A stretch of DNA of 60,631 nt, counting the filler, from Hausera hauseri (lineage: Eukaryota): the NCBI GenBank assembly GCA_046269625.1. It is 11 parts of 11 records of this genome, joined end to end, with 100 filler letters (N's around TTAATTAATTAA, not from the genome) between each part and the next. Parts side by side here need not be neighbours in the genome. Positions count along the whole stretch, not along the records: positions 1 to 5,379 come from JBJURY010266953.1; positions 5,480 to 10,180 come from JBJURY010469800.1; positions 10,281 to 15,304 come from JBJURY010358487.1; 8 more parts are not named here. One strand, written 5' to 3'. Within the stretch, counting starts at the first letter, position 1. Every line of letters starts with the position of its first letter. A program made the position numbers and the translations under genes. Below the pieces are notes generated by a model. It did no database searches. It was given only the letters and a program-made list of their open reading frames with translations, and was not told the origin of the DNA. Of this stretch, positions 1-13,194 are shown one piece after another.

Positions 1-13
1 CGAAGACTGGGAA

Positions 14-3000
14 GTGTACGCGCTAATTGATACAGGATCAGAAAAATCGTTTATAAAATACGAATCGATACCAACCACATTGCGAGACCAGCTATGTCCA
101 CCCGCGTCATCGGACCCAGGCAGCATAGGAGCATTTGGACAAGTATCGAAGCCAAGATTTAAATGGACTCCTACCGTTTATATGATGGGACAAGCATTTC
201 CACATGAATTTGCGGTAATGGACCAATTGACAGACGATGTAGTATTGGGTTGTGATGTATTAAAACAGATACCAGGTATGGCAATTGATGTGCATAATGG
301 AAAATTAATTGAGCTCAAACCAATAAAAGGGACAAAAGTGATAAAGGAAAGGAAATCAGGCGAAGTATGGATTCCAGTAGATGAGGACATTCCACCTAGA
401 ACTGAAATGATAATTTTTGCACAAATTCGTCAAAATGAAGATCTACCGGTATATTTCGAACCGCAAGAGAATATTGATCCAAATCTCATGCTGAGTAACA
501 TCCTATGTAGAGTAGTAACGGGACGAATACCCATCAGATTAGTGAACAGTGCACCAACTTCCGTACAATTGCACGCTAACACTACTCTAGGTCACACTTG
601 TAGAGTATCAGCGATAACAGTTGAAGAAAAGCCATACAAATGCGCTGAATTTCCACCTCATGTTGAAACCAAATTCTCTCCCGAAGCGTATTGCAGGTTC
701 TACGAATTATTATGTAAGTACCGCTCAATAATTGCGCAAAAGGAAGAAGACAGGTAGAGCAAAGGCTCTAAAATTAATTATCCCGTTAAGGAAGAAACCA
801 GGCTCTAATGACGAGATCGATCTAGAGGAACAGAAAATGCCCAAATGGTATCCGCCTCCTCATTCATTCCAACCGGAGATAACTAAAGAAGTAGAGCGAA
901 TGTTGAAGGACGACATAATTCGACCAAGCTACCGATCATGGTACTCGCCTATACTGATGGTTAAAAAGAAAGGGACTACAAAACATAGGTTTTGTATAGA
1001 TTATCGGGCATTAAACGCGTTGATGATGAAAGACTCGTTCCCCTTACCGTCAGTAAAAGAAGCTTTAGATAGATTATCAGGAGCAAAATGGTTTACCACT
1101 CTCGACTTACAATCGGGGTACTGGCATGGAAATAGAAGAAGATTGATATAAGACAGCGTTTAAAACACACGATGGTGTATACGAATTTAATGTTATGTCT
1201 TTCGGTATCACCACCGGACCAGCTATCTTTACTAGAAAAATGAATAAGATGCTCATGGGGCTTGATCATGCTTTCGCGTACCTAGACGACGTGATGATAG
1301 CATCAAAAACAGAAGAAGAACATTTAAAAGACATGGAAGATACACTTATGCGATTAGAACAAGCCGGATTAAAACTAAATCCGAAGAAATGTAAATGGGC
1401 ACAGAATGCCGTCTCGTACCTCGGACATATAGTTGGAGAAGGAGGACCAAAACCGGATAAATCATTGCTAAACAAAATATCAGATTGTATGGAACCACAG
1501 AACCAAAAGGAGTTGAGGCATTGGTTAGGCCTGTGCGGGTATTATGCCACTTACGTACCAGACAACTCAAAAATCAATGCACCATTATATCGTTTACTCA
1601 AAAAGGGAACTAAGTGGAGATGGACAGAAGTGGAACAAAAAGCATTCGATGAAATGAAGAAAGTTCTGACAAGCGAACCAGTTTTAAGATATCCAGACTT
1701 TAACCTACCATTCATCATTAAAACAGATGCGAGCAAAGAAGGCATAGGATACGAATTAGCTCAAAAACGCGAAGACGAAGAATTAGAACATCCAATAGCT
1801 TATGGTGGACGCTCATTAAAGAAAGCAGAAAAGAATTATTCGGTTACCGAACTGGAGACATTGGCAGTTAAGGAAGCACTACGACACTTTAATGTCTATG
1901 TTTACGGACAGAAGATTATAATAGTGACGGATCACAAAGCAGTTACAACACTGAAAGGACGAGCTAATAACCCAACATGCAGATTAAACCGTTGGATCGA
2001 GGAAATCTTACGATATAATATTGAATTTCAATACAAACCGGGTAACAAACACGTCGACGCCGGCGCACTGTTAAGATTAAAAACGAAAACGAGTGCAATC
2101 ACTACATTAAAGAGACCACAATTTGAACAGCTGATTGAACGACAAAGAACTCTAATATCTGACAAGACGATTAGAATTATAGCTGAGCAGGCTAAAGATA
2201 CGGTTATTCAGCAAATTATCAAGTTCGTATAAAACGATAAAATACCAAAAGGACGACAACTAAAAAAGCATCTACAGAAACATGGACATAAATATCATGC
2301 AACGAATCGAGTCAATATTTTGTATTACGAGCGAAAAGGAAGAAGATTAATAGTTATTCCAAAAGGATTGAGCATAGAAGTACTTATGGCCGAGCACGAT
2401 TTGTATTTAGCCGGACATATGCCTTGGAAAAAGACATTGGAAAGGATATTAAATAAATATTATTGGCCAAGCATCGGTATTGATGTAAAGAATTTGGTAG
2501 GAGCGTGCGAAGTCTGCGCAACAAAACAAAAGAAAACAAAAGGCTACGTAGCAGAATTGAAACCCATAAACGTACCAGATAGACCTATGCAAGCCATGTC
2601 TATGGATATAGTAAGACCCTTGCCTAAAACTCACAAAAATAACAGATATATCTTGACATGTGTGGACCGACTAACGCATTTCGTAGAACTAGTGGCATTA
2701 TTAGATCAAAAGGTAGAAACTTGAGCTGACGCAGTAATAAGAAAAATCATCTGCAGATATGGACCACCAGAATAGATTTTAACAGATAGAAGAAGGAACT
2801 TCACAAGCGAATTATTCGAAAAAATGACCAAAATATTTGAAATTGAACGTTTAACCACTACCGCGTACCATCCCCAATGCAAAGGAATGGTCAAGCAGAT
2901 GAACGCAACAGTTATTCGGATATTATCAACAGTAGTGGCAAAGGACCAAAAGGATTGGGATGAATTCTTAGAAGGAACACAATTCGCGATTAATACGACT

Positions 3001-3398
3001 CCACATCCAGCAACAGGGTTTACACCATTTTTATGTATGGACAAGAGGCAATCTTATCTACTGATCTAGGCATGACGCCATACGAAAAGAACCTCGAAGA
3101 ATTAGAACAAAACTTTGCCGAAGTCTTACAGACAAGATTACAGAAATGTTGGAAAGATGCGAAAACATTATCACTTGAATACCAAGAAAAACTTAAAAAA
3201 CAATATAATAAAAAGACTAAATCTCATGGTCTGGAAAAGGGAAATTTGGTTTACATATATTACCCAGTTGCGAAAAAAGGTACATCCTTGAAATTAACAC
3301 GTACCGGAAGAGGACAATATGAAATTATCCGGACAACACCAGCTACGGTTTATGCGAATAAAATGGTAAAGAAAAAGTCGTATCGATTCAAAGAGTAA
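14..3398 (+). pseudogene. pol: Gypsy pol (PR, dUTPase-like spacer, RT, RNase H, IN), frameshifted
   Basis: ALIDTGS protease; WYSPILMVKKK..RFCIDYRALN, LDLQSGYW, YLDD RT; KTDASK..NYSVTELETLAV..TDHK RNase H; H..GH..CEVC, MDIV and GRGQY integrase. Split over six ORFs. Confidence 0.95.
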
Positions 3399-3399
3399 T

Positions 3400-4879
3400 T
3401 AAAACAGATATAAGGCCAGCTAAACAGTACAATCTAAGACCACGAGAAAACAAGACCTCGTCAATTATCACCAGACCGATATCATACATTCAAATAATCC
3501 TAGCACTATCAATAATCGCCTCTTATATTCCAAAAACACAAGCTGGATGGAGGCACGACGAAATCACATTAAAGAATGGATACGAAACGCAGAAGAATGA
3601 GATTGATAAAAGGGAAAAAAACTAATATTAGAAGAAACTCAAGGACAAAAAGATATCACGTCATTACAGTCAATCATAATTCAATATTATTCACAGAACT
3701 ATTCATGTGTGTGATTTACAATACAGAAGGCATATTACGATTCTGGAAGATTTCAAATTGACCTAGATGATATAATGACAAAAGCAACACGGCATTGTGA
3801 TTTCTGACATAGAGCGCACGCAATGTTGCAGCACGGAATTTGATCATACTTATAACGTTATCTATCTGCTATATTCATTAAAATTATCGGAAATCTATTA
3901 AGTAAAACCGCAATTTCAATTAGTTATTCCTGCTTGGAATAAGCATCATGGAATAAAGCCTAACGAAATGCTCCAATACATCGATCCAGTAAGGCGAATG
4001 CTGGAACAAAATATCGCCAGGATTTGGGAGAACCCCAGGAACAATTGCGTTCAAGTTAAAACAAAAGGACGACTAATAAACGGTCGAGTAATCTCGGTCC
4101 GGTTTCTGAAGGGAAACATACAAGCTCATAATCAACAATATTGCCAAATCGATGTCAAACAACCAATAATATGTTGCAAGTTACCACAGAAATATGAATA
4201 TAAAATTTAGCTAAATTTATACAAAATCAGAATCAACCAGTCGAGTATTTATTTAGGAAGCTACCGACTCAGAAATCCAGTTAAGTCGAATTTATTTAAT
4301 ATGACAACGAATGCGAAAATAAAGCCAACTATTCCGGCACTGATCAGAACTACTGCAGCGAATAAATCATCTCAAAAAGAACTAGAAATAATTCCAGTTA
4401 AATACTGGACGCAACAGCGTGAAATAACTTTTGTAGTAGAAAAAGCACTTAATTAAGACGTGAAGGTAAGCTGCCGAACATCCTATAATAATCAGAAAGT
4501 AATATTGACAAAAGCGAATGATCAAATCAAATGTACTTACTTGAACCCTGAAACGGATTATATTGTACAAATGGACGCAGAGAATAGACAAAATAAAACA
4601 TTCACGGTACGGACCTTAAATGAAATTGTTTCATTAAAATTATTAACCGATAACGAAGCGGAAGATGAAGTGACAACTACTGTTAAATTAAAACGTTTGA
4701 CCGAACAAACAATTTTGCCGTTAATATCGATTATTGGAACATCAATGTTCCCTCTCATAATCTTAATTGCGTTTTGTCGATTGATTACCAAAAACTGTTG
4801 TATTAAGCGACATAAAATTTATGAGAGGGAATTAAGGGTGATGGTACCACAGAATGAAATAAATGATGGAATATCCTGA
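3400..4879 (+). pseudogene. Post-integrase type I membrane protein (signal peptide, ectodomain, FN3-like domain, TM)
   Basis: ISYIQIILALSIIASYIPKTQAG at ~3476-3547; YCQI..IICCKL; FN3-like CTYLNPETDYIVQM; TM ILPLISIIGTSMFPLIILIAFC. Colinear with 18810-20160. Confidence 0.8.
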
Positions 4880-5379
4880 CAACGACAGATCAGGTTATTC
4901 CACTATCAAACAAAGAATTGGTTTAAATTTCGAACAATACTTTGTTTTAGGATTGATCCTTATTTTGTATTTTTTTCAGAATGGTAAGTACGAGCAGCCG
5001 ACCTAGAATCGACAATTTCTTACAATAGTATGGAACAGTTTTTATTCCGAAATCAAAAGGGATATACCGCCGAATTAATGATGCACTACGGACTGAAATA
5101 CATGTCGAATACCGAAAAGTAACTGACACCCAATGATCTAAAGGGTACTACCGAAGATAACCAAATGGTTTCACTATATGCAATGAGAGATAATCACCAG
5201 GCTAAGTCATATGACCTGAAAGAATTAATCCAGAGCAAAACGATCAGAATAGAAAATGTATTCATACACTTGGCAGACGGGGAAGTTTATTACAGAATTA
5301 AGAATCAACAATGGGACGGAAACGAAGGGCGCCAATATAGATTCAGTACGTTTAAAATAAGCGGACGAGGTCTAGAAAC
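4880..5379 (+). pseudogene. N-terminus of accessory ORF (PNDLKG domain), cut by contig end
   Basis: PNDLKGTTEDNQMVSLYAM..FIHLADGEVYYRIK aligns with D IPNNLKGTAEENRVARLYAM..FIHLVDGEI.YRLK. Confidence 0.7.
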
Positions 5380-5479
5380 NNNNNNNNNNNNNNNNNNNNN
5401 NNNNNNNNNNNNNNNNNNNNNNNTTAATTAATTAANNNNNNNNNNNNNNNNNNNNNNNNNNNNNNNNNNNNNNNNNNNN
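5380..5479. other. Artificial contig linker (N44-TTAATTAATTAA-N44), first of ten
   Basis: The identical 100-nt spacer, with stops in all six frames, recurs at 10181-10280, 15305-15404, 21536-21635, 26791-26890, 31577-31676, 39045-39144, 43895-43994, 50906-51005 and 56132-56231. Confidence 0.99.
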
Positions 5480-6181
5480 AACAAAACAACAATATTTATT
5501 GATAATTACAATGTCATCAGCTATGTGAGGATATAATTGAGAACCGAAATTCTAAATTTAAATTAGAAACATTTTTAAATTTTAAATATTCGCCCATGGA
5601 TTTAGTTTAAAAATGTAATATTAAAAGTATAATTTAATTTTGACATTTTTGGAAAATTTGTTTCCAAATGAGTATTTTGAGATACAATAAAATTTTCAAC
5701 AATTGGTCTTACTTTGCAATGAGTAATTACAAACGATCAAATTCCGCTTCAGCGGACATACCGGGGAGGGGCAAGGATTTTCCAACCCTACCCAAGCTGG
5801 ACGACGATGTGGACGGCGTAGATGCGCCTGCGGCCAACAATAGATAAATAAATATAATTCATTTGAGTAATTCAAACGTCAATTTTGGTCACTGTCAAAA
5901 CGAGATGTAACATTCTATTATTTGACAGCATATTTACATCGAATATTAATTAAAATTTGGTTGAAAACAGAACAAATGACTTATATATATTTGGGAATTG
6001 AGCAAGTATCGAAATTCAGTCACACTTCAAAGCTCAAATTGCAGCTTTAAGCTTACGCGGCAAATAAATGTTCGATAATATTGATTAGTATTAGATTTCA
6101 TAAGACTAGTTTTTACTAAATGACTCTGATCACCAAAAGTGATCTTTCCTTGTTAGCCTTATTGTTTTATCATGATTTTAG

Positions 6182-6882
6182 AATGATGCCACTGAAATTC
6201 AGAAGAAACTTGAAGAGGAAAAAGTCAAGCGAACCCAGATGGAGAAAATATTTATTGAAGAAATCGAGCAAACTCGAAATAAAATGGTATGGATTCTTAG
6301 TAAAGATGGAAATTGAACATTATTTAGGAAAATAAAGAAATTAATTTAGGTACCTCATTGCAACAAAATTTTACTAGTGTCCGTGATGATATTTCCATGC
6401 GTAGGCCATTCGGAATTTCCCCAGTACACAACACTTCAAATAATGCATTCAATTGGCGTGTCGAACGAGTCAGTCGTAAATTATATCAGCATGAATACAG
6501 TCAGCCATTTTTCAGTGACAATAATAATGGATACAGAATGTGTTTGTATTTCAGCCTCAGTGTGTTATATGGTTTGCGTTTGACATTCCATCTGATGCAT
6601 GGGGAACATGACGATGAACTAATGTGGCCAATGCAGCGCGTTGTTTGTATACAAAGATTGGATGAGAAAACAGAATATCCGGTAATATCTGAACAATTCT
6701 GTAGGGCCACAGCGGCAAACCGAAATGGATTTAACAATGTGTCCGCGTACGATCGAACGAGTGACGTTAGAAACCTGTGTGGTGATGGATTTGTGGGTTT
6801 GAAATATGAAAAACTTGCAAAAACTGCGGGTGCCATGCGCAATGACACGATTGTTGTGCGGTGTCGTGTCTTACCTTTGTGA
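6182..6882 (+). CDS. TRAF-like protein: coiled-coil exon plus MATH/TRAF-C domain
   Basis: AFNWRVERVS..YSQPFFS..GYRMCL..FHLMHGEHDDELMWPM..NDTIVVRCRV is a TRAF-type MATH pattern. A putative exon at 6182-6286 (tttag..gtatgg) reads NDATEIQKKLEEEKVKRTQMEK. Exon phasing is unresolved. Confidence 0.8.
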
Positions 6883-8074
6883 TGATTATTTTCACATTTT
6901 TAAATTCCGCATTCGAAATTAAAGATATTCATTTGTTTTAAATTTTGAATGAAACCGTAAGGACTCAACTTTTTTCATCCACATATTGTCTTTCCTAATA
7001 TCACTGCCAATGGAAACCCTGCTTTCGTCTATAAAACTCACTTTTCGCCAGAAGTCTACAAGCATTTTGGGTCATTTTCTTGCAAAAGCCAAATGCATTT
7101 ACTTGCGTTGTTTTGTCAAAAGCGACGTAACCATCCTGAATTTTGATGAGAACCCAGCTTTTTACTGTAATTTCCAATAGTTTCCGTTGTAACTTCCTTT
7201 GAGAATGTTTTAGTTACATACTTTCAACTCAACAGCTGTAATCAATGGATTACGCCAGGGGTGCAATATCAGTGAACGCTGTCCCTAAAATTTTTCATCC
7301 TTTTATCAATATTTCCTGTTTTCTTGTCCTGCTTATTGATTTTAGCAACAACACCAACTGATACCTTCAAAATATTACATATCTCACCATTGTGCAAATG
7401 AAAAATCAAATGTCTCATTCTCGCACATAGCCGAGCCGTAATAATTCCACACACACCAAAATTAATGAAATTGAAACAAACTAACTTTGTGAAACAGCAC
7501 ATTACATTAATGATAAATATGGTATTAATTTCTGTATAAAAATTAGGCTAAAATATTTGTCTCCGAAGTAAATTTGAAGCTATTAGTGCATAGCAACGAG
7601 TTGTAAGCCCAAATTTATGTTCTTTGTAGTTTACAGAGTCAGCCAATGGTATTTGTGACACAATTTGGATGAAGTAATTTGAAGAAAATGTAATTTCAAA
7701 TTATAAATTGTGATTGTAATTGAATGCCAAATTATTCCAAAACAAATAATGTAATTTACATATACTGACAATTACCGTAAATGTGTTGCATTCTGCTCAG
7801 AATGAAATTTTTATGCTGAGTTTACATTTATAAATTATTTTGACAAGTATGCCATCTCAAAATCATAGATAACACATTTGTAAAGCCTCTTTTACAAATT
7901 AATAAATCTGATTGATTTTTCGTTAATTGCATTGCTTGTTAAACAGGTCTAATGTTACAGAATCAAAAGACTAAAATGATAGAAATCATTTCCTATCTTC
8001 AGCACTACATTTAAATATCAATTAATAGCCCGAAAATCATGGTATCCCATGGAGGGAATTTGTTTAAACAAAAG

Positions 8075-8509
8075 TCATTTCAAGTTAGAAGTGATCAGAC
8101 GAATCCACAAAGTGTCATGGTCAAGAACACTAGTCATTTCCATAATTGATGGTACATCATTAATTACGTGAATACATTTATGGAGAAATGGTTTTGTCCA
8201 CTGGGAAGGATACGTACTGCTAGCTTGAGAAAACTGCAATTTCCAAAAAATCGAATTATTTTGTCTGTTCAAAATTTCTACTTCAATCGTAAGAGGCATC
8301 GGCCATTTCAGATAAAAATCAACTTGACTCATTTCAAGAAAGAATTCCATTGTCATTTTACTTGTAGGGTGTAACTGCATTGTGCAACTTAATGTGTATC
8401 CTTCGATGGTTTGGAAATAAGTGGATTTAATCCATTCCAATCCATTGGCAAATTTCTTTGAAAAGTCCAGTATTGGCCATATGAATGTGCTGTTGAAATG
8501 TGTAAGTAC
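8075..8509 (-). CDS. TRAF-like MATH domain, terminal exon
   Basis: Acceptor tttcag| then VLTHFNSTFIWPILDFSKK..STYFQTIEGYTL..LKWPM..HDTLWIRL, open to the stop at 8075. Confidence 0.75.
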   Translation of the reverse strand, partial: VLTHFNSTFIWPILDFSKKFANGLEWIKSTYFQTIEGYTLSCTMQLHPTSKMTMEFFLEMSQVDFYLKWPMPLTIEVEILNRQNNSIFWKLQFSQASSTYPSQWTKPFLHKCIHVINDVPSIMEMTSVLDHDTLWIRLITSNLK

Positions 8510-10000
8510 CTGAAAATATACATGTGTATCACGTATAATACATTGGTTTTTGCCTAGTGTTGCACGCAGGGTTGCCAGATGTCACGCATATTCTACGTAC
8601 TTGTACAGTATCGCCCAACATCACTTATTCATTTTATCTCCAATCTAAACATACTGATCGCAATTACCATAGTACAGTTGACAATATTGTGACATTATGA
8701 TTTAAAAATTGGCAATCCCTTTAATTTCCGTGTGAACAATCCTCCGATCAATCTTCAGTGCAATCCTTTAACAATCCTTACTGTTATCTGTGCTGACCTT
8801 ATGTGACAAATCCGTTATTTGTAATGTTTATGTACATTTTATGACCATTTTGTGATTTACGGGATTGTGCATGTCAGTTATGTTAAGACTTTTTCGTGTC
8901 ATGTACAAGTATAAATACCGTAGTCGTTTTTATTGTATCCAGACATTTTTCGTAGTCTACTATAGATTGAAAGTAACTGCTCTTGAATCTTCTTAGTGAT
9001 TACGTGAGTATTGTTTCTTTTATTACGAACTACTTTTGCTATAGTATTGTTATTACGTATGTTTTATTGCATTTCATTTATTTGTTTAGAATATATCTTA
9101 TTGTTGTCAGTATAATTTTTGGATTATTCTAAGTAACGTCAATAACTAATTAATCCTAAGTAAAGTTGGAATCCAGCCGTCTAGGTCAAACCTACCTAAC
9201 GGCAGCCTCAGTAAATTTAAGTAATCAGAGTCAAATAAATCATTAGTAAGTAAAGTTTACAGGAGCCCCACAGGCAGTAGTCCCCTACACATCACCTATA
9301 AGATAGAGCTAGGTAGGATAAACATTTGTCTGCAACTGTACAACTGCCACCATACGTACGACCTTGTTCAACCCATTAATTCAGTAAGTTACCAAAGTAA
9401 AGTCTCTCCCACCACAGAATTAAAGGGAACTGAACAATACATGACAAACTGAAACAGTACGATACTGCTGTTCCGTTCAAGTAAAACATACTAAACCAAT
9501 ACTCGATCGCTAGGTGACACACTGTTTAAAATTAAATTCATTTTGTTTGTGAGCTATAAAAACACGAGATTGAATATTAAATACAAGCCGCAACACTGGA
9601 AGGAGAAAACAAAACGTGTCAAAAATTTTACGAATGATGTTTATACGTGAGATAATGTAAATAAGTGCCATTCACTTTTGGGTTTACTGTACAAGTATGT
9701 AAAGATTCCGGATATTTCGTAGAATTTTATGTTGGTTAGTAATATGGAAAACATTTATGCAAACAAAACTAAGATTGTGTAATACGGGTTTCTAAATGTT
9801 ACGTCATTGTGCGCTTCTTCAGTTTTTCCCTTAATATGCAGAGGAATTTTAACATTTCATAAAAAATATCGTTTCTTTTTTTAGCAAATATTTTACTAGG
9901 ATTAGATTTCCCATTTTTAGTTCATGTTATATCAAAGTACAATGAATTCGACTAATTATCAGATACATCACTAATATTTCTTTCTTTTATATAAATATTA

Positions 10001-10180
10001 TTAGGTGCGCAACTAAGTTCCCGCTGTTTGTCAATAGATGGCTCCAGTAGTAAGTGCTGGTCGATTTTGAAATATCCAAAACGTCACAAGCCAAACTTAG
10101 ACTATTGGATAAATAAACCGCTTTGACAAGTTAGTGATTTTGTTTTGCTGTAGTACTTTTTGTTTGTGTGAAAATGTCTG
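10001..10180 (+). mobile_element. 5' end of a mariner (Mos1/mauritiana-like) transposon
   Basis: TA followed by TTAGGTGCGCAACTAAGTTCCCGCTGTT, similar to the Mos1 TIR (CCAGGTGTACAAGTA..). A candidate transposase start ATGTCTG sits at 10174, at the contig end. Confidence 0.7.
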
Positions 10181-10812
10181 NNNNNNNNNNNNNNNNNNNN
10201 NNNNNNNNNNNNNNNNNNNNNNNNTTAATTAATTAANNNNNNNNNNNNNNNNNNNNNNNNNNNNNNNNNNNNNNNNNNNNAATAATCGATTATACGTTTT
10301 TGATCTCCTATTGCACATTTATTTTTGTCTATCAGTTGATTAATATCATTGTTTTTTGTGTGACGTTCGACTCAGATTATCGTTACTTTATTATTACTTT
10401 TCTTTATCCACACATTACCTTCTGTCTCTGACCGGCTACTTACTATTCGTAGTCGAATTCAAGATTTGGACAATTATCTATGGTATTTTGTAAATAAGAA
10501 TCTTATTTTGTCAAACTTCGTCGTTGCTACTTTTCTAATGACGATATGCATTCTGTTTTTGCTTATTACCCAGAAATTCAGAAAACTCTCAACTTGCCCG
10601 ACTTAGATTTTGTATTTTTGATTTGTGTACAATTCCGTTGTTTAAGTAATGTAAAAAAATTTTTTATAAGTTGTAGTTTTAAATAAAAATTGATTTTAGC
10701 CATCTTAAAATTGGAACTTTTATATTTTCTATCACCGATTAGTTTCATCGTGTTCGAAATTGGAATTTTCTTTATATTATCGTTTTCGAATCTATTTATT
10801 TTTGGAATTTCT

Positions 10813-10815
<3 letters not shown>

Positions 10816-10845
<30 letters not shown>
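10816..10845. repeat. (AT)n microsatellite
   Basis: About 15 AT units. Confidence 0.95.
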
Positions 10846-10847
<2 letters not shown>

Positions 10848-11819
10848 GGATACTCATCGGCAAGATTAATTATTCATTTGTTAGATCCTGAAATTGCAAA
10901 CAAAATCTCACATCTTTTGCACTGAATGAGCTTTCGGACAGCTGTCTTTCACTGTCAGTTTGGACTGCATGTTGAATAGTCAATTGTGTGATATGCGCTC
11001 TTTCAATAAAGTGAATTTCATAATACAGCAGTAAAATAACCATATTTCTCAGGAGTTCCAATTGACCCCAAAGAACAGTTCTCAAACTCTCGAGATCATA
11101 AAAAATCTTGAGTAGGAGGACTTTCTCATATTGCACATCTTTTCTTTAATTAAAATATGAAATAAAAAGGAATTGATGACTACGAACTGAAAAAAATAAC
11201 CATCTGAGTAATTACTTCAAAGTATATTTAAATCAGCTAATACACAAAATGGCTGTAAATAATCCAAAGTACGGCAATGAAAATTTTAATAACACCGCTC
11301 AAACAATTTTTTGTAGTCCGTTAATTCAGAGTTTTGATATGATTCTGAATTTTATATACTCACAAGTTCCCAAAGTTGGGTGAAGCTGATACACAACAAA
11401 TTTCCGCACTTATTCATTATTATGCACAAAATAAATTATTTTCATCAGAAAGTAATTTTTATTTTTAAAACCTGAAATCATCTATATATGTTTATCAATA
11501 TCAGATTCGGGCGATCAATTTACAAAGGAAATCAACAAATTCAGAACTGATCGAATCGTCTGAATCTGACAATTCTCGATCTGATACAGGTGTTTTACTT
11601 TTGTCCATTTGATACGTTTTTCGCTGATGACTCATTAATAATTTCATTCAAACTCTGCGTTTCATTAATAATGGAAACACTTGATCCTCTATTAATGATA
11701 AAGTATTTTGATAATTACTGTTAAAATCAGAATAATTCTGGTCTTTTACCGGTGATACATTTCTCAATAATTATTTAAAAGTCCATCTAAGGCCATCATT
11801 TTGTTTTGAACTACCAAAT

Positions 11820-12266
11820 TGTCAAATATCGTGAATAAACCGACGTTTAACTGTGGTCAATAGACATGTGAGAATTAACCAAAAAACAGTTGTAAATAAT
11901 ATCATAAATTATTTATTATTATCCATGAGAAAAACACATTTAATAAGTATTGTTTAAAGGAATACAGTGTGTTATAATGTAAATACTAGAACTAGAGTTA
12001 TCGTAATTCGAAAACAATTGTTTAAAAACCATGTAATTTGAGAAGTTAGATGAGATGAAACTACGGCAAAGTTCTGTAAATACTGAAGTAAACTGTCTTA
12101 AGGAATAGTTGTTTTTGATTCAGCCGATGTGAATAATACGAAGGTTGGAGAGCAAAGAAATAATTCCGAACTTGCCGGACATTTCCGATAACGTTATTTT
12201 CCGACGCTGAACGTCGTTGTGGTATTGTTTGAATATATTTATTGTTTTATTATATAATTTCTGACA
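11820..12266 (-). repeat. Candidate 3' LTR of element C
   Basis: On the minus strand a purine-rich AAGGGGCGACGGAAA precedes TGTCA...TGACA, with an internal TATTTA (~12080) and AATAAA (~11915). There is no second copy to confirm it. Confidence 0.35.
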
Positions 12267-13194
12267 TGGTTTCCGTCGCCCCTTAAAGGTAATTTGAGAT
12301 ACCCTAGAAATATAAAATTCGAGCAAAAATCTATAGATAAGTCGCGAATCATTAAAATTTGAATACGATTTGCAACCAGTACCAGCTTGCACCAAAATCA
12401 GGAATAATATGTTTAACGAGCACGTTAAACTGTTCAACCCTCACTAATTTACTTCTGGAGAGACTGTGACTTAACAATTGATTAATGAAGAGAACAATTA
12501 TCGTTTACTTTGTGAGTGAATGTACAGAGGCTTTGCTTGGACCTACCTATCCAATAATCGGTAATGTGTTTAGTGCAGACTCTATTTTAACACTTTATTT
12601 ACTAATGTTTACTCTCTTATTGTCTTAGTTAGGAATTAAACGGGCGGTCGTCAGGTAGAGTTAGACATGGTCGACCGAATACCAAAATTACTTAATGTTT
12701 ACTCACTTATTGACTTTACTTAAATAAATGAAAAAGTATCACACCAATGATATAATTTACAATACAATTAAAGTTGACAACCAAACAATAAAAATGAGCT
12801 TACATGTAGTCATGATGCAAGTAATAACACAAAAATTGTTCTAAACCAACCAGAAAAGCATTCTGCTTAAATAGTCAATGATAAAAACATAAAAATGTCC
12901 ATATTAGGACAACACGTCTAAATTAAAACAAAAACATGAAAATATTTACATTACACACAGCAGATAATTTTTGTTCCCTTTTTGTTACTCTCAAAAAGAA
13001 TCAATAGTCAGTAATATTGAAATAATCAGATATTTTTGTTACCAATTGAAATCAACGAATGAGATTAATAGTCAGTAATAGTGATATAGTCTGAAAAATC
13101 GACGACTGGTAATCTCACAAAAAGGATGGGGGGTTAAAGAAAATTGTCCCAAATTTTACGACAATAAGAAGATATACGACTGTCACTGATCCAA

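Larger units (their letters stand above)
1..5379 (+). mobile_element. Large Ty3/Gypsy LTR retroelement, copy A (pol plus 3' accessory region)
   Basis: Domain order PR-RT-RH-IN, then a membrane-protein ORF and an accessory ORF colinear with contig D. Confidence 0.95.

Noticed and set aside
360-600. Functional dUTPase after the protease
   Set aside because: A degenerate beta-rich spacer common in Gypsy pol; the catalytic motifs are absent.
5380-5479. TTAATTAATTAA as a biological motif, and ORFs running into Ns
   Set aside because: Artificial linker; ORF ends inside it are artefacts.
10870-11136. 88-aa ORF as a gene
   Set aside because: No recognisable motif or homologue in the window.
11805-11820. 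PBS after the candidate C LTR (TGGTAGTT)
   Set aside because: Only 6 nt match an initiator-Met PBS, which is insufficient.
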